Below, in pieces: positions 1 through 7,192 of a DNA stretch of 64,000 nucleotides; position 1 is the stretch's first letter, and each line of letters begins with the position of its first letter. Below the pieces are notes generated by a model. That model ran no database searches. It saw only the letters and a list, made by a program, of their open reading frames with translations, and was not told the origin of the DNA. This DNA comes from a virus. Where the stretch lies: positions 1 to 64,000 of the IMG/VR virus record IMGVR_UViG_3300007609_000010; one strand, given 5' to 3'. The position numbers and the translations under genes are program-made.

Positions 1-468
1 ACTGCACAATTTACCATCGGTGATTTAACAGTTAATCTGCGTCCTTTAGATTATAAAACAACTACTAAATTTAATATGCAACAGTATCAGCTTGAAAAAA
101 CCATTGCAAATTTAAATCAAAGTGAGTTAACTACTGAAGAACGAGATTCAAAAATAGGCGAATTACTATTAGAATCTAGTAAACTCAATTTGTTAATAGC
201 TGTATCTCACATAGTCTCAATCGAAGCAGATGGCGAGGCAGAAAGTAATTCTGAAACTATCTATAATTTTATATCTGAAAATGATTCTGAATTTTATGGT
301 TCTTTAAAAGAAAATATAAAGACACTAACAGATAGATGGAAGCTTCCAAACATAGATGTACAATGCGCAAATGGAGAATGTCAAGTTTTATATCCTACAA
401 AACTAAACATGGATTATTCAAGTTTTTTCGGTCTACCCTCGTCGCGCTCTCGGACTCTGAAATTTTAG
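1..468 (+). CDS. T4 gp26-like baseplate hub assembly protein / tail assembly chaperone, C-terminal part (5' truncated by window)
   Basis: The frame is open from base 1, so the ATG at 76 is internal. It has a C-terminal CxxxxC knuckle (VQCANGEC) followed by '...DYSSFF', typical of gp26-like proteins of large myophages, and precedes a gp51-like ORF. Confidence 0.6.
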   Translation, partial: TAQFTIGDLTVNLRPLDYKTTTKFNMQQYQLEKTIANLNQSELTTEERDSKIGELLLESSKLNLLIAVSHIVSIEADGEAESNSETIYNFISENDSEFYGSLKENIKTLTDRWKLPNIDVQCANGECQVLYPTKLNMDYSSFFGLPSSRSRTLKF

Positions 469-662
469 AATTAGTCAAGCAGTACGAAAACGAAACTAAA
501 CAACTCAAAGATGATGTTTATCGCCTAGGATGGTACATGCGAGGATCTTTTTCTTACGACGACCTTATGTTTAGAATATCTCACGAAGATCGAGAAATAA
601 TAGGAAGAATAATCAAAGATAACATTGAAAGAGTCAATGAAACTAGGATGCCTTTGCTTTAG
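423..662 (+). CDS. gp51-like baseplate hub assembly catalyst segment, probably expressed as a -1 frameshift extension of the upstream gene
   Basis: The -1 frame reads FFRSTLVALSDSEILE...LGWYMRGSFSYDDLM...DREII. The WYMRG..SY motif resembles gp51-like small proteins. A slippery T TTT TTC lies at 423-429 and there is no convincing start of its own. Confidence 0.55.
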   Translation, partial: FFRSTLVALSDSEILELVKQYENETKQLKDDVYRLGWYMRGSFSYDDLMFRISHEDREIIGRIIKDNIERVNETRMPLL

Positions 663-1500
663 CTTTAGCGATTACTTTTTTTAGTTTTGGATCTTTTAGA
701 ATACTTTTCTTTGTTTGTTTGATATATTTGTTAACCGGAAGTTTTTTTGGCAAAGTATCCTGTGCTTCGCCTATGTTACAGTTTGCTAAACTTAGCTTTT
801 TTAACACTGTTGGACCAAACATTGTATTCATTAATGCATTTGATAACCCTTTTACAAACCCAGTATCTTGAGACAATTTCCCTAATAGATAAGCTAGATA
901 TCCACCACTTGCTGTTCCAAGTATGGCCACTAACCAACCTAGGCCCGGAATAGTACCTAATAATCTAGAAAACAATGCTATAGATGCTGCTGTTGTTGCA
1001 GCAGTTGATAAAAATCCTACCAACAATCCTGATATTTCATCAACAAGATTTACCTGAGCAGCAATTACATACCTGTTATTAGGATTGCATCCACTAGCTT
1101 CATATGCATCACCGTATCTGTCTAATGCGTCAATTAAATCTCCAACAGAAAATATTGTAAAAAATATTTTACCTACAACCGTCTGAGCAGCAAATTTTGC
1201 AATTTGTGAACCTAAATTTTTTGCTTTATCCACGATACCGCCTTTCTTTTTTCTATCGGTATCGTCATCGTCATCGTCGGATCCAGTTTGCCCTTTTTTA
1301 TCATTATCTAAATTAGATGGACCAAGTTTAACATTTGCTTGTTTTGCAACTCGATCAGCTTGAGATCTTATTCTATATGTTCCTTCCTCAGCACCGGTAG
1401 CAGTGTTTACAACCTTCCAGCCTTTTTTAAGACCAAAAGTAGAAGGTACAACTTTAAAATTTTCAGTCACAGATAATTGAGTTATTTCAAATACTTTCAT
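643..1500 (-). CDS. Hypothetical late protein with hydrophobic helical hairpin (possible virion/membrane protein)
   Basis: The start is more likely the ATG at 1500 (MKVFEI), 5 nt downstream of TAAATA. Contains the hydrophobic segment GLLVGFLSTAATTAASIALF...IPGLGWLVAILG and an acidic D7 run. Confidence 0.6.
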   Translation of the reverse strand: MKVFEITQLSVTENFKVVPSTFGLKKGWKVVNTATGAEEGTYRIRSQADRVAKQANVKLGPSNLDNDKKGQTGSDDDDDDTDRKKKGGIVDKAKNLGSQIAKFAAQTVVGKIFFTIFSVGDLIDALDRYGDAYEASGCNPNNRYVIAAQVNLVDEISGLLVGFLSTAATTAASIALFSRLLGTIPGLGWLVAILGTASGGYLAYLLGKLSQDTGFVKGLSNALMNTMFGPTVLKKLSLANCNIGEAQDTLPKKLPVNKYIKQTKKSILKDPKLKKVIAKAKAKAS

Positions 1501-1505
1501 ATGCT

Positions 1506-1511
1506 TATTTA
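1506..1511 (-). promoter_or_regulatory. Late promoter core TAAATA (T4 gp55-type), 5 nt upstream of ATG
   Basis: Minus strand reads aaTAAATAagcatATG. The same motif recurs upstream of structural genes. Confidence 0.55.
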
Positions 1512-1518
1512 TTACAAG

Positions 1519-1603
1519 AAATGAGCTTGCGCTCATTTAGTTTTCGCTTTCGCTCAAACTATGAACTTCGTTTAATATAACAACGAGCGTTAGCGAAGTT
1601 GTT
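1519..1603. repeat. Cluster of three inverted repeats sharing a GAGC-GNNA-GC core
   Basis: 1519-1538 AAATGAGC-GCAA-GCTCATTT (minus); 1538-1561 TAGTTT-GA-GC-GAAA-GC-GA-AAACTA (minus); 1579-1603 AACAAC-GA-GC-GTTA-GC-GAA-GTTGTT (plus). Confidence 0.75.
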
Positions 1604-1604
1604 T

Positions 1605-1939
1605 AAAGTTTCATGTAGATCGTTTAGGTCAGACGGAACCTCTTTGGGTTCCATCAAAAAAAGCTTCATGTGAGTCATGCTCATGCCGAGACTTTGGAAA
1701 CAGGTATTTGGTTTATACACAACTCCCCGGGCTCTGACCTTTCCCAACCTGCGTCGACATTGCTTGCGCTACCCGTTGCCTCGTTCCAGTGCATACGGTT
1801 TTCGGGAGTGTTTGTGTTTTCGACTGCCGACAGTCAATCTATGTCAACCTACGCCCTGTGGGGTTTCGCTCAACATGTACGTGTCTGACTACATTTTCAT
1901 CAGTTTTTCCACAGCGGAATTTTATCTGGCCCGCCAACC
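1605..1939 (-). ncRNA. Putative large structured non-coding RNA directly downstream of the GIY-YIG gene
   Basis: GC-richer intergenic region with no credible ORF and about 10 complementary segment pairs. Several contain G-U pairs only on the minus strand, e.g. 1841-1848/1753-1760, 1835-1841/1616-1622, 1778-1783/1687-1692, 1770-1775/1701-1706 and 1647-1655/1632-1640. Boundaries are approximate. Confidence 0.6.
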
Positions 1940-2386
1940 TTATGTGTCGGTTGTTTTGCCTTGTTCTTGTTCTAATAAAGCCTGTCTAAGTTTTTCTGAT
2001 CCGCCTACCCTGACATTGATAATGCCATTGTAATAATCGTCGCTTTCTAATACTCGACGATCAAACTGCTCTCTTGCCTCAATGTAGGACATTTCTGCCC
2101 TGCTTTTACATAGATATAGAATTTCTCGTGTGAACTTGTCCTCGCCTAGTGCTTCAACATCTGCCTGTAGTCTATCTGAACTACCCCAATAGGTTTTCCA
2201 GTCTGACTCTTTGTATCCACGCCTGCGATTCTTTTTGCCTTTGAGAGGAGGTTTGCTTGTTTTGAACTTGGCTAGTTTTTTGCCTATGTATTTGCGCCCG
2301 TTGGTAGTATTGGTTATCAAGTAGACGAAACCTTCGTATTCATCGGATAGTTCGTCCACGGGTTCACCTTGATAAGTCCATTGCAT
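1940..2386 (-). CDS. Small GIY-YIG family nuclease (catalytic domain only)
   Basis: GFVYLITNTTNGRKYIGKK motif, YWGSS, conserved E (YIEAREQ) and YYN. 148 aa, with a basic insertion KFKTSKPPLKGKKNRRR. Confidence 0.8.
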   Translation of the reverse strand: MQWTYQGEPVDELSDEYEGFVYLITNTTNGRKYIGKKLAKFKTSKPPLKGKKNRRRGYKESDWKTYWGSSDRLQADVEALGEDKFTREILYLCKSRAEMSYIEAREQFDRRVLESDDYYNGIINVRVGGSEKLRQALLEQEQGKTTDT

Positions 2387-2436
2387 GAACTTATATAACG
2401 TCGCGGCCTTGGTATCAGTCTGCCTTCTGACTTAGA

Positions 2437-3192
2437 TCAACAATCGAAATAAACTGCTCTAAGCTGTATGGGATTGTCCCCGCTAGCATACCCTGCTATG
2501 CGTGTGCTACAATCGCCTTGTATGCCTTTCAGTAATGCTCTTTCCAGCATTGCTTGCCTATAAGTTAGATCGTGATTGGCTGTTTTTGCAATCGTGCCTG
2601 CTTCTGTGCCTTTTAGAGTTTGTAATGCAATAATGCCTTGTCCTACAGCTGGAGTGCAATGATGTACAGGAAGTCTAATCCAACCTCTGTCTATACCCAG
2701 TGTTTGCAATCCTGCTTCTGCTAATACTATAGCATCATATTCTCCGTTGTCTAGTTTTTCTAAACGTGTGTCAATATTTCCTCTAATAGGTTTGATTTCA
2801 ACATTTAGATTTGAATAAAACTTTGATAACTGTGCAGTTCTTCTTGGACTGCTGGTGCCTAACCGAAATCCGTCAAAGATATTGCCAACTACTACATCGT
2901 ATGGACTGTTTCTTTCTAATACCGCAGATATTTCCAAGTCAGGGTGTTCTACATCACCTGGCATGTCCTTTAAACTATGCACAGCAATATCTACTTGGCC
3001 ATTTAACAGTGCAGTTTCGATAGCATTACAGAAAACACCTTTTCCTCCTATTTCGTGAATAGGAGTGTCGGCATTGATATCACCGTCTGTTTTTATAATC
3101 ACAATCTCAGTGTCGCAATCTAGTTTACTGCACACAAGGTCAGCATAAGCCAATGCAAGTTTACTGCCTCTAACACCTATACGCACAGTCAT
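2437..3192 (-). CDS. hemC: Porphobilinogen deaminase (hydroxymethylbilane synthase), auxiliary metabolic gene
   Basis: Motifs RIGVRGSKLA, GGKGVF, AVHSLKDMP, GTSSPRR, IRGNIDTRL and cofactor Cys in GDCSTRIAG. The C-terminal domain is shortened (251 aa). Confidence 0.93.
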   Translation of the reverse strand: MTVRIGVRGSKLALAYADLVCSKLDCDTEIVIIKTDGDINADTPIHEIGGKGVFCNAIETALLNGQVDIAVHSLKDMPGDVEHPDLEISAVLERNSPYDVVVGNIFDGFRLGTSSPRRTAQLSKFYSNLNVEIKPIRGNIDTRLEKLDNGEYDAIVLAEAGLQTLGIDRGWIRLPVHHCTPAVGQGIIALQTLKGTEAGTIAKTANHDLTYRQAMLERALLKGIQGDCSTRIAGYASGDNPIQLRAVYFDC

Positions 3193-3398
3193 TGATCTTC
3201 CGGTTTTTTGTCTTTGAGTTTTTGTTTTTCTTCTCGCAATTCTAAATTTCGAGCTTTTGCAATGTCTCTAATTTTTCTTGTGCATTGTTGCACGGCGGCA
3301 TAAGCACGAAAACTGTGCTTGCGCTCCCACCATTCATTGGCTTTAAAGTATTCTAAGTATGCTCTTACTAACTGTTCGTGTAAATCTTCGTCACTCAT
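3189..3398 (-). CDS. Hypothetical protein (69 aa)
   Basis: Tightly packed between gp46 and hemC, with an ATGA overlap into hemC. Confidence 0.65.
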   Translation of the reverse strand: MSDEDLHEQLVRAYLEYFKANEWWERKHSFRAYAAVQQCTRKIRDIAKARNLELREEKQKLKDKKPEDQ

Positions 3399-3400
3399 CC

Positions 3401-5173
3401 TTATTCCACAATTTCCAAATCATTTGCATATGAAGTAAATCCATTCTCTTTGATAACTTTCAGCACATTATTCACACGACCTACCAGTTCGTCTTTGTGC
3501 GAAATAAGGAAAATGTTCTTCTTGCGTTCTCTGGTCATCTTCTTAAGAACCGCAATTGCATTTTCTACACCAGAACTGTCCATGCCTGAATCCACCAGCT
3601 CGTCAATAAACAACAAATTGATATTTTGATATAGGCTTTCCCAAACATCACGAAATGCAAAGCTCATGCCCAGTATCAGTCTGTTGCGCTCGCCTCTTGA
3701 TAGGTTATCAAAGTCTAAATCCTGTCCCAGCTGAGTGATTTCCACACTCAAGTCGTTCTGGAATGTCACCTGATGAGGAAGTCCTAGCAAGCTCAAATAA
3801 TATGTCAGTCGATTGTTTAGATACATTAGATTTTGATCAATAATCTTTTTGCGAATAAACGAATCCTTATTGGTTAACAGTTTCAACAAGAACTCTTGAT
3901 GGTCTTTGAATTCGCTCAGGCTGTTAACTGTGTCCCAATTGATCTCCTGCATCGCAGTAGAATTCAACTCGTCTATCTGTGCCTGATAAGGATCATCTTC
4001 TGTTTCTTTGTTGGACAATGCCTGCGTTAGACTGTCAACATTGTTTCTGTGTTCGTATGCTTCTTTGGCGCTTTCATAGAACGTGCTGGGTCTACCGTTG
4101 ATATCTCCGATTTTGTTTAGATCAGACAACACTAATTCCAGTTTGTCAGCAACTTCTGTTTGATATGCCATTGCATCAGACAGTTCTTTTTTCTTTCGAG
4201 ATAAGATTTCTTCTTTTTTGTCTGCATGCAATGCCTGTCCGCAGGTATAACAGGTTGCGCCATCTAATTCACCAATGTCAGTCTCGGCTTTCTTTACACT
4301 TTTGTCTGCACGAAGCAGTGCGCTTTCCAGTGTGCTCTTTTCTTTGTTAAGGGCCGAGATAGCATTGTTCATCTCAGTCCAATTGTTAAGCTTTTCATGA
4401 GCTTCAAGTTCTGCATCAATGTCTAGATGTTCCAGTTCTTCAATGGCATCCTGCAATTTTTCACAGTCTTTCTTTTTCTTAGCCTGCCAAGCACGCTGAT
4501 TTTGTTTTAGATTGTCAATTGTGCTCTGTATCTTCTTGTTAGACTCTTCAATGGCATTAATTTTAAATGTTTCTTCAGTGATTTTTTCTTTGATCTGTTT
4601 GATTTCGTCTTTGAGTTGATCAGCTTTCTCACTGAGGATTGTAATGCCCAACAGTTGTTCGATGATGTTTCGCTGATCGTTAGCCCGCATGCTCAAGAAA
4701 GGCTCTGTGTAAGTGTTCAGCGCCACAATGTGTTTAAACATATCGTGACTCATGCCTAACAGATGGTTAATGTCTTCTTGAGTTTTGCGGCTGTCGCCTT
4801 GCGATTCGTCTTCTTCTATCTGCTCTTCATTGTTGATAAAGAATTTCAGCACATTAGGAGAGCGACCCCGCTCTATCCTATAATCTGCTCCGTTCTTTTC
4901 AAAGGATAGGGTGACCAACATCCCTTTAGAATTAGTCTTATTGATAAGATTATTCCGTTTGATGTTGGTCAGTGCTTGGCCGTACAAAGCATAACTAAGA
5001 GCATTAATGATCGTAGTTTTACCCGTACCGTTGCGCGATCCTGAATCGTCACCTCCTTGGTCTAAATTTTCACCAAGCACTAAAGTTAAATTGGTTTGAT
5101 CGAAATCCACTGCCTGGGTTTGATTGCCCACGCTCATGAAATTCTTAACAGTTAAATCCTTAATTTTTATCAT
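3401..5173 (-). CDS. T4 gp46-like recombination endonuclease ATPase subunit (Rad50/SbcC family)
   Basis: Walker A (NGTGKTT), coiled coil with CYTC zinc hook, signature LSRGE, Walker B LLFIDE and ISH motif. Confidence 0.93.
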   Translation of the reverse strand: MIKIKDLTVKNFMSVGNQTQAVDFDQTNLTLVLGENLDQGGDDSGSRNGTGKTTIINALSYALYGQALTNIKRNNLINKTNSKGMLVTLSFEKNGADYRIERGRSPNVLKFFINNEEQIEEDESQGDSRKTQEDINHLLGMSHDMFKHIVALNTYTEPFLSMRANDQRNIIEQLLGITILSEKADQLKDEIKQIKEKITEETFKINAIEESNKKIQSTIDNLKQNQRAWQAKKKKDCEKLQDAIEELEHLDIDAELEAHEKLNNWTEMNNAISALNKEKSTLESALLRADKSVKKAETDIGELDGATCYTCGQALHADKKEEILSRKKKELSDAMAYQTEVADKLELVLSDLNKIGDINGRPSTFYESAKEAYEHRNNVDSLTQALSNKETEDDPYQAQIDELNSTAMQEINWDTVNSLSEFKDHQEFLLKLLTNKDSFIRKKIIDQNLMYLNNRLTYYLSLLGLPHQVTFQNDLSVEITQLGQDLDFDNLSRGERNRLILGMSFAFRDVWESLYQNINLLFIDELVDSGMDSSGVENAIAVLKKMTRERKKNIFLISHKDELVGRVNNVLKVIKENGFTSYANDLEIVE

Positions 5174-6183
5174 TCTAGCCCGTTATAGATATCTAAAAGT
5201 GTTTTCTTGCTGTAATTTTCAGTGTCCAGCTCTGCAATTTCAGTAGACACGATTTGATCCACACTGCTGAATGCAGATATATCCAGGTCAGTGTTGATTT
5301 CTTCCATCTGCTTCTGAGGAATCAGTGTGATTTCTCTGCAATTGTACTGATTGATGTATGTTTCTTTGAGAAAATTAGCTTCTTCGAACGAAATTGGAAT
5401 GTCAATGGTCACTCGAAGATGCATTTTAGGCAGAATTATGTCTGCACTGGGGTCTAACAGTTGGCTTAACTTGATTGTGCGATACTTAGGACAGTCTGCC
5501 CAGTTGATGTATTGTGGCTCAAGGTCATTTTCTTTGTCAATGATCATCATACCACGCTCGTCGTCCCATGCATCAGCATAGTTGTGCGGAAAAGCATTGC
5601 CAATATAGTGCACAGAGCCCTGCTTTTGGCGTTTGTGGAAGTGTCCTGAGAACACATACTCCTGATGTTTGAAGTGTTCTTTCTTTAGATCACCGTGATC
5701 GGGCATTTGTACCATGGCATTCATATAGAAACTGGGCAGTTCAAAGTGTCCAAACATGTATTTGCTTTTGATCTTTTCAATTTTCTTCCATTCATCGCCT
5801 ACCAGCCACGGCACGATGGTCACATCGTCCTCGGTCACAATGGAATCGATAAATCTAATGCCAGGTATGTACCGTGCAAATGCTGTTGAGTTGACATTTC
5901 GCTTGTCTTTGTAGTATAAGTCGTGGTTACCATCAAAGAAAATAAACTGATCGAACCCTTCTCCCAGCTTTTCTAGACTGCGAATGGTAGAATCCATGGT
6001 GGTTAGATTTAAACTGTTGCGATTGTGATGCCAGTCACCGCAGAATATACCAGTTTCGCAACCATTTGCCTGCGCAGTTTCAATAAACCAGTCCACAAAG
6101 TCTTCACAGTCACGGTTATGTTGCTTAGAATTACTTTTCAATCCGAAATGGATGTCAGTAAATACAGCCGCCTTCTTAAACAA
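5170..6183 (-). CDS. T4 gp47-like recombination endonuclease subunit (Mre11/SbcD metallophosphoesterase)
   Basis: DIHFG, GDWHH, GNHD and SGHFH motifs; adjacent to gp46; TTG start with GAGG RBS. Confidence 0.93.
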   Translation of the reverse strand: MFKKAAVFTDIHFGLKSNSKQHNRDCEDFVDWFIETAQANGCETGIFCGDWHHNRNSLNLTTMDSTIRSLEKLGEGFDQFIFFDGNHDLYYKDKRNVNSTAFARYIPGIRFIDSIVTEDDVTIVPWLVGDEWKKIEKIKSKYMFGHFELPSFYMNAMVQMPDHGDLKKEHFKHQEYVFSGHFHKRQKQGSVHYIGNAFPHNYADAWDDERGMMIIDKENDLEPQYINWADCPKYRTIKLSQLLDPSADIILPKMHLRVTIDIPISFEEANFLKETYINQYNCREITLIPQKQMEEINTDLDISAFSSVDQIVSTEIAELDTENYSKKTLLDIYNGLE

Positions 6184-6234
6184 GTGTCAGTCCTCTTAGT
6201 TATACTACAAAAATATGACAGATTTCGCTAGTTG

Positions 6235-7110
6235 TCAATCGTTTTCTTCCTTTGGCTCCGAAGATTCTTGAGGAACATCAAAATCGCCACCGTCTACATC
6301 AGCTTCTCGCTTGAGTGCCGCTTCCCATTCGCCCGCATGCTGTCGAGTGTATGAAGGATTAAGGTCGTTCATTTCAAGAATATCGTCTCGAATGTTCTGA
6401 TTGCGTTTTTCTATGTTGATAACTCTCACAAATGAGTTAGTAACCGCGGCTGTATAGTATGCAAATGGATTGTTTGACTTGGATTCGTCAAACTGCAAGC
6501 CGATCTGTGTCAATTGTAAGATTGCCTGCCCTTTCATTTCGTCATTATAGGTATAGCCGCGAACATTACCTCTAGTTGCATAGCGTTCCACCAGTTTCAG
6601 CCACATAAGTGCTAGTTTGTTTGTGGTCTGTCCGTGATCTTTGGAGAATTTACCAGTTTTTACACCGCCCTTCCAGTGGCTTTTGCCCACACAGATTAAT
6701 TCCCCTTCGTCGTCGTACTTCCAATGCTGAAATGGAGGAAAATTCAGTTTGGTTTTGGTATCCGCAATGGTTTTAGGATTCTTTTTTCGACCGGGTTCAT
6801 CTGGAATGTGATCAAATGTCATCACTCGAAAGATTAATTCTTCTTTGGTAATGTCTTTGGCAAACACTTCGCATTCTGCCTGTTTGATTTTTTCACCCGC
6901 TTCCTTGGAAGCCTCGTATGCTTCGTAGCTCAAACGTTTTGCCTTTTCCTGTTTAGCCTCTTGAACTGTGGTTGCGTTGATATCGCTGGTGCTGGATAAT
7001 ATGAGATCGTATTGATGATATTCCTGCCTTGAATAACTGTTGTATGTGTTCTTTGATTTGTGTATTTCTGCTAACAAGTCTCTGTTGTTAAGATAATTCT
7101 TTTTTCTCAT
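6235..7110 (-). CDS. T4 gp55-like late transcription sigma factor
   Basis: NYLNNRDLL N-terminus, RGYTYNDEM and FDESKSNNPFAYYT motifs. Gene order gp55-gp47-gp46 matches T4. Confidence 0.85.
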   Translation of the reverse strand: MRKKNYLNNRDLLAEIHKSKNTYNSYSRQEYHQYDLILSSTSDINATTVQEAKQEKAKRLSYEAYEASKEAGEKIKQAECEVFAKDITKEELIFRVMTFDHIPDEPGRKKNPKTIADTKTKLNFPPFQHWKYDDEGELICVGKSHWKGGVKTGKFSKDHGQTTNKLALMWLKLVERYATRGNVRGYTYNDEMKGQAILQLTQIGLQFDESKSNNPFAYYTAAVTNSFVRVINIEKRNQNIRDDILEMNDLNPSYTRQHAGEWEAALKREADVDGGDFDVPQESSEPKEEND

Positions 7111-7135
7111 ATAATTATTATTCTCCTAAGTTACT

Positions 7136-7164
7136 ATAATAATATACTCTGTTAATTTTGTCAA
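7136..7164 (-). promoter_or_regulatory. Sigma70-type promoter for the gp55-gp47-gp46-hemC operon
   Basis: Minus strand TTGACA (7164-7159), N17, TATTAT (7141-7136), followed by an AGGAG RBS before the ATG at 7110. Confidence 0.75.
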
Positions 7165-7165
7165 C

Positions 7166-7171
7166 TAAATA
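7166..7171 (+). promoter_or_regulatory. Late promoter core TAAATA for the baseplate operon
   Basis: TAAATA lies 21 nt upstream of the ATG at 7193, with an AAGGA RBS between them. Confidence 0.6.
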
Positions 7172-7192
7172 CATCATAATAAAGGAATTTAA

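Noticed and set aside
336-422. ATG at 336 as the start of a 108-aa protein
   Set aside because: It lies deep within the upstream gene, and the first ~29 codons look non-coding. A frameshift at 423-429 is more parsimonious.
1605-1939. Group I/II intron, RNase P, tmRNA or tRNA identity for the structured region
   Set aside because: No interrupted host gene, no recognisable P7/R-S or domain V motifs, no RNase P P4 pair and no tRNA-like ends seen by eye. A covariance-model search is still needed.
1559-2033. Short ORFs (1559-1747, 1670-1888, 1677-2033, 1789-1989) in the intergenic region
   Set aside because: They overlap each other, have Cys/Arg/Pro-rich composition unlike the phage's genes and lack an RBS. 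Base-pairing patterns explain the region better.
6199-6238. Sigma70 promoter upstream of gp47 (TTGACA ... TATAAC, minus strand)
   Set aside because: The spacer is 28 nt, far from 16-18 nt.
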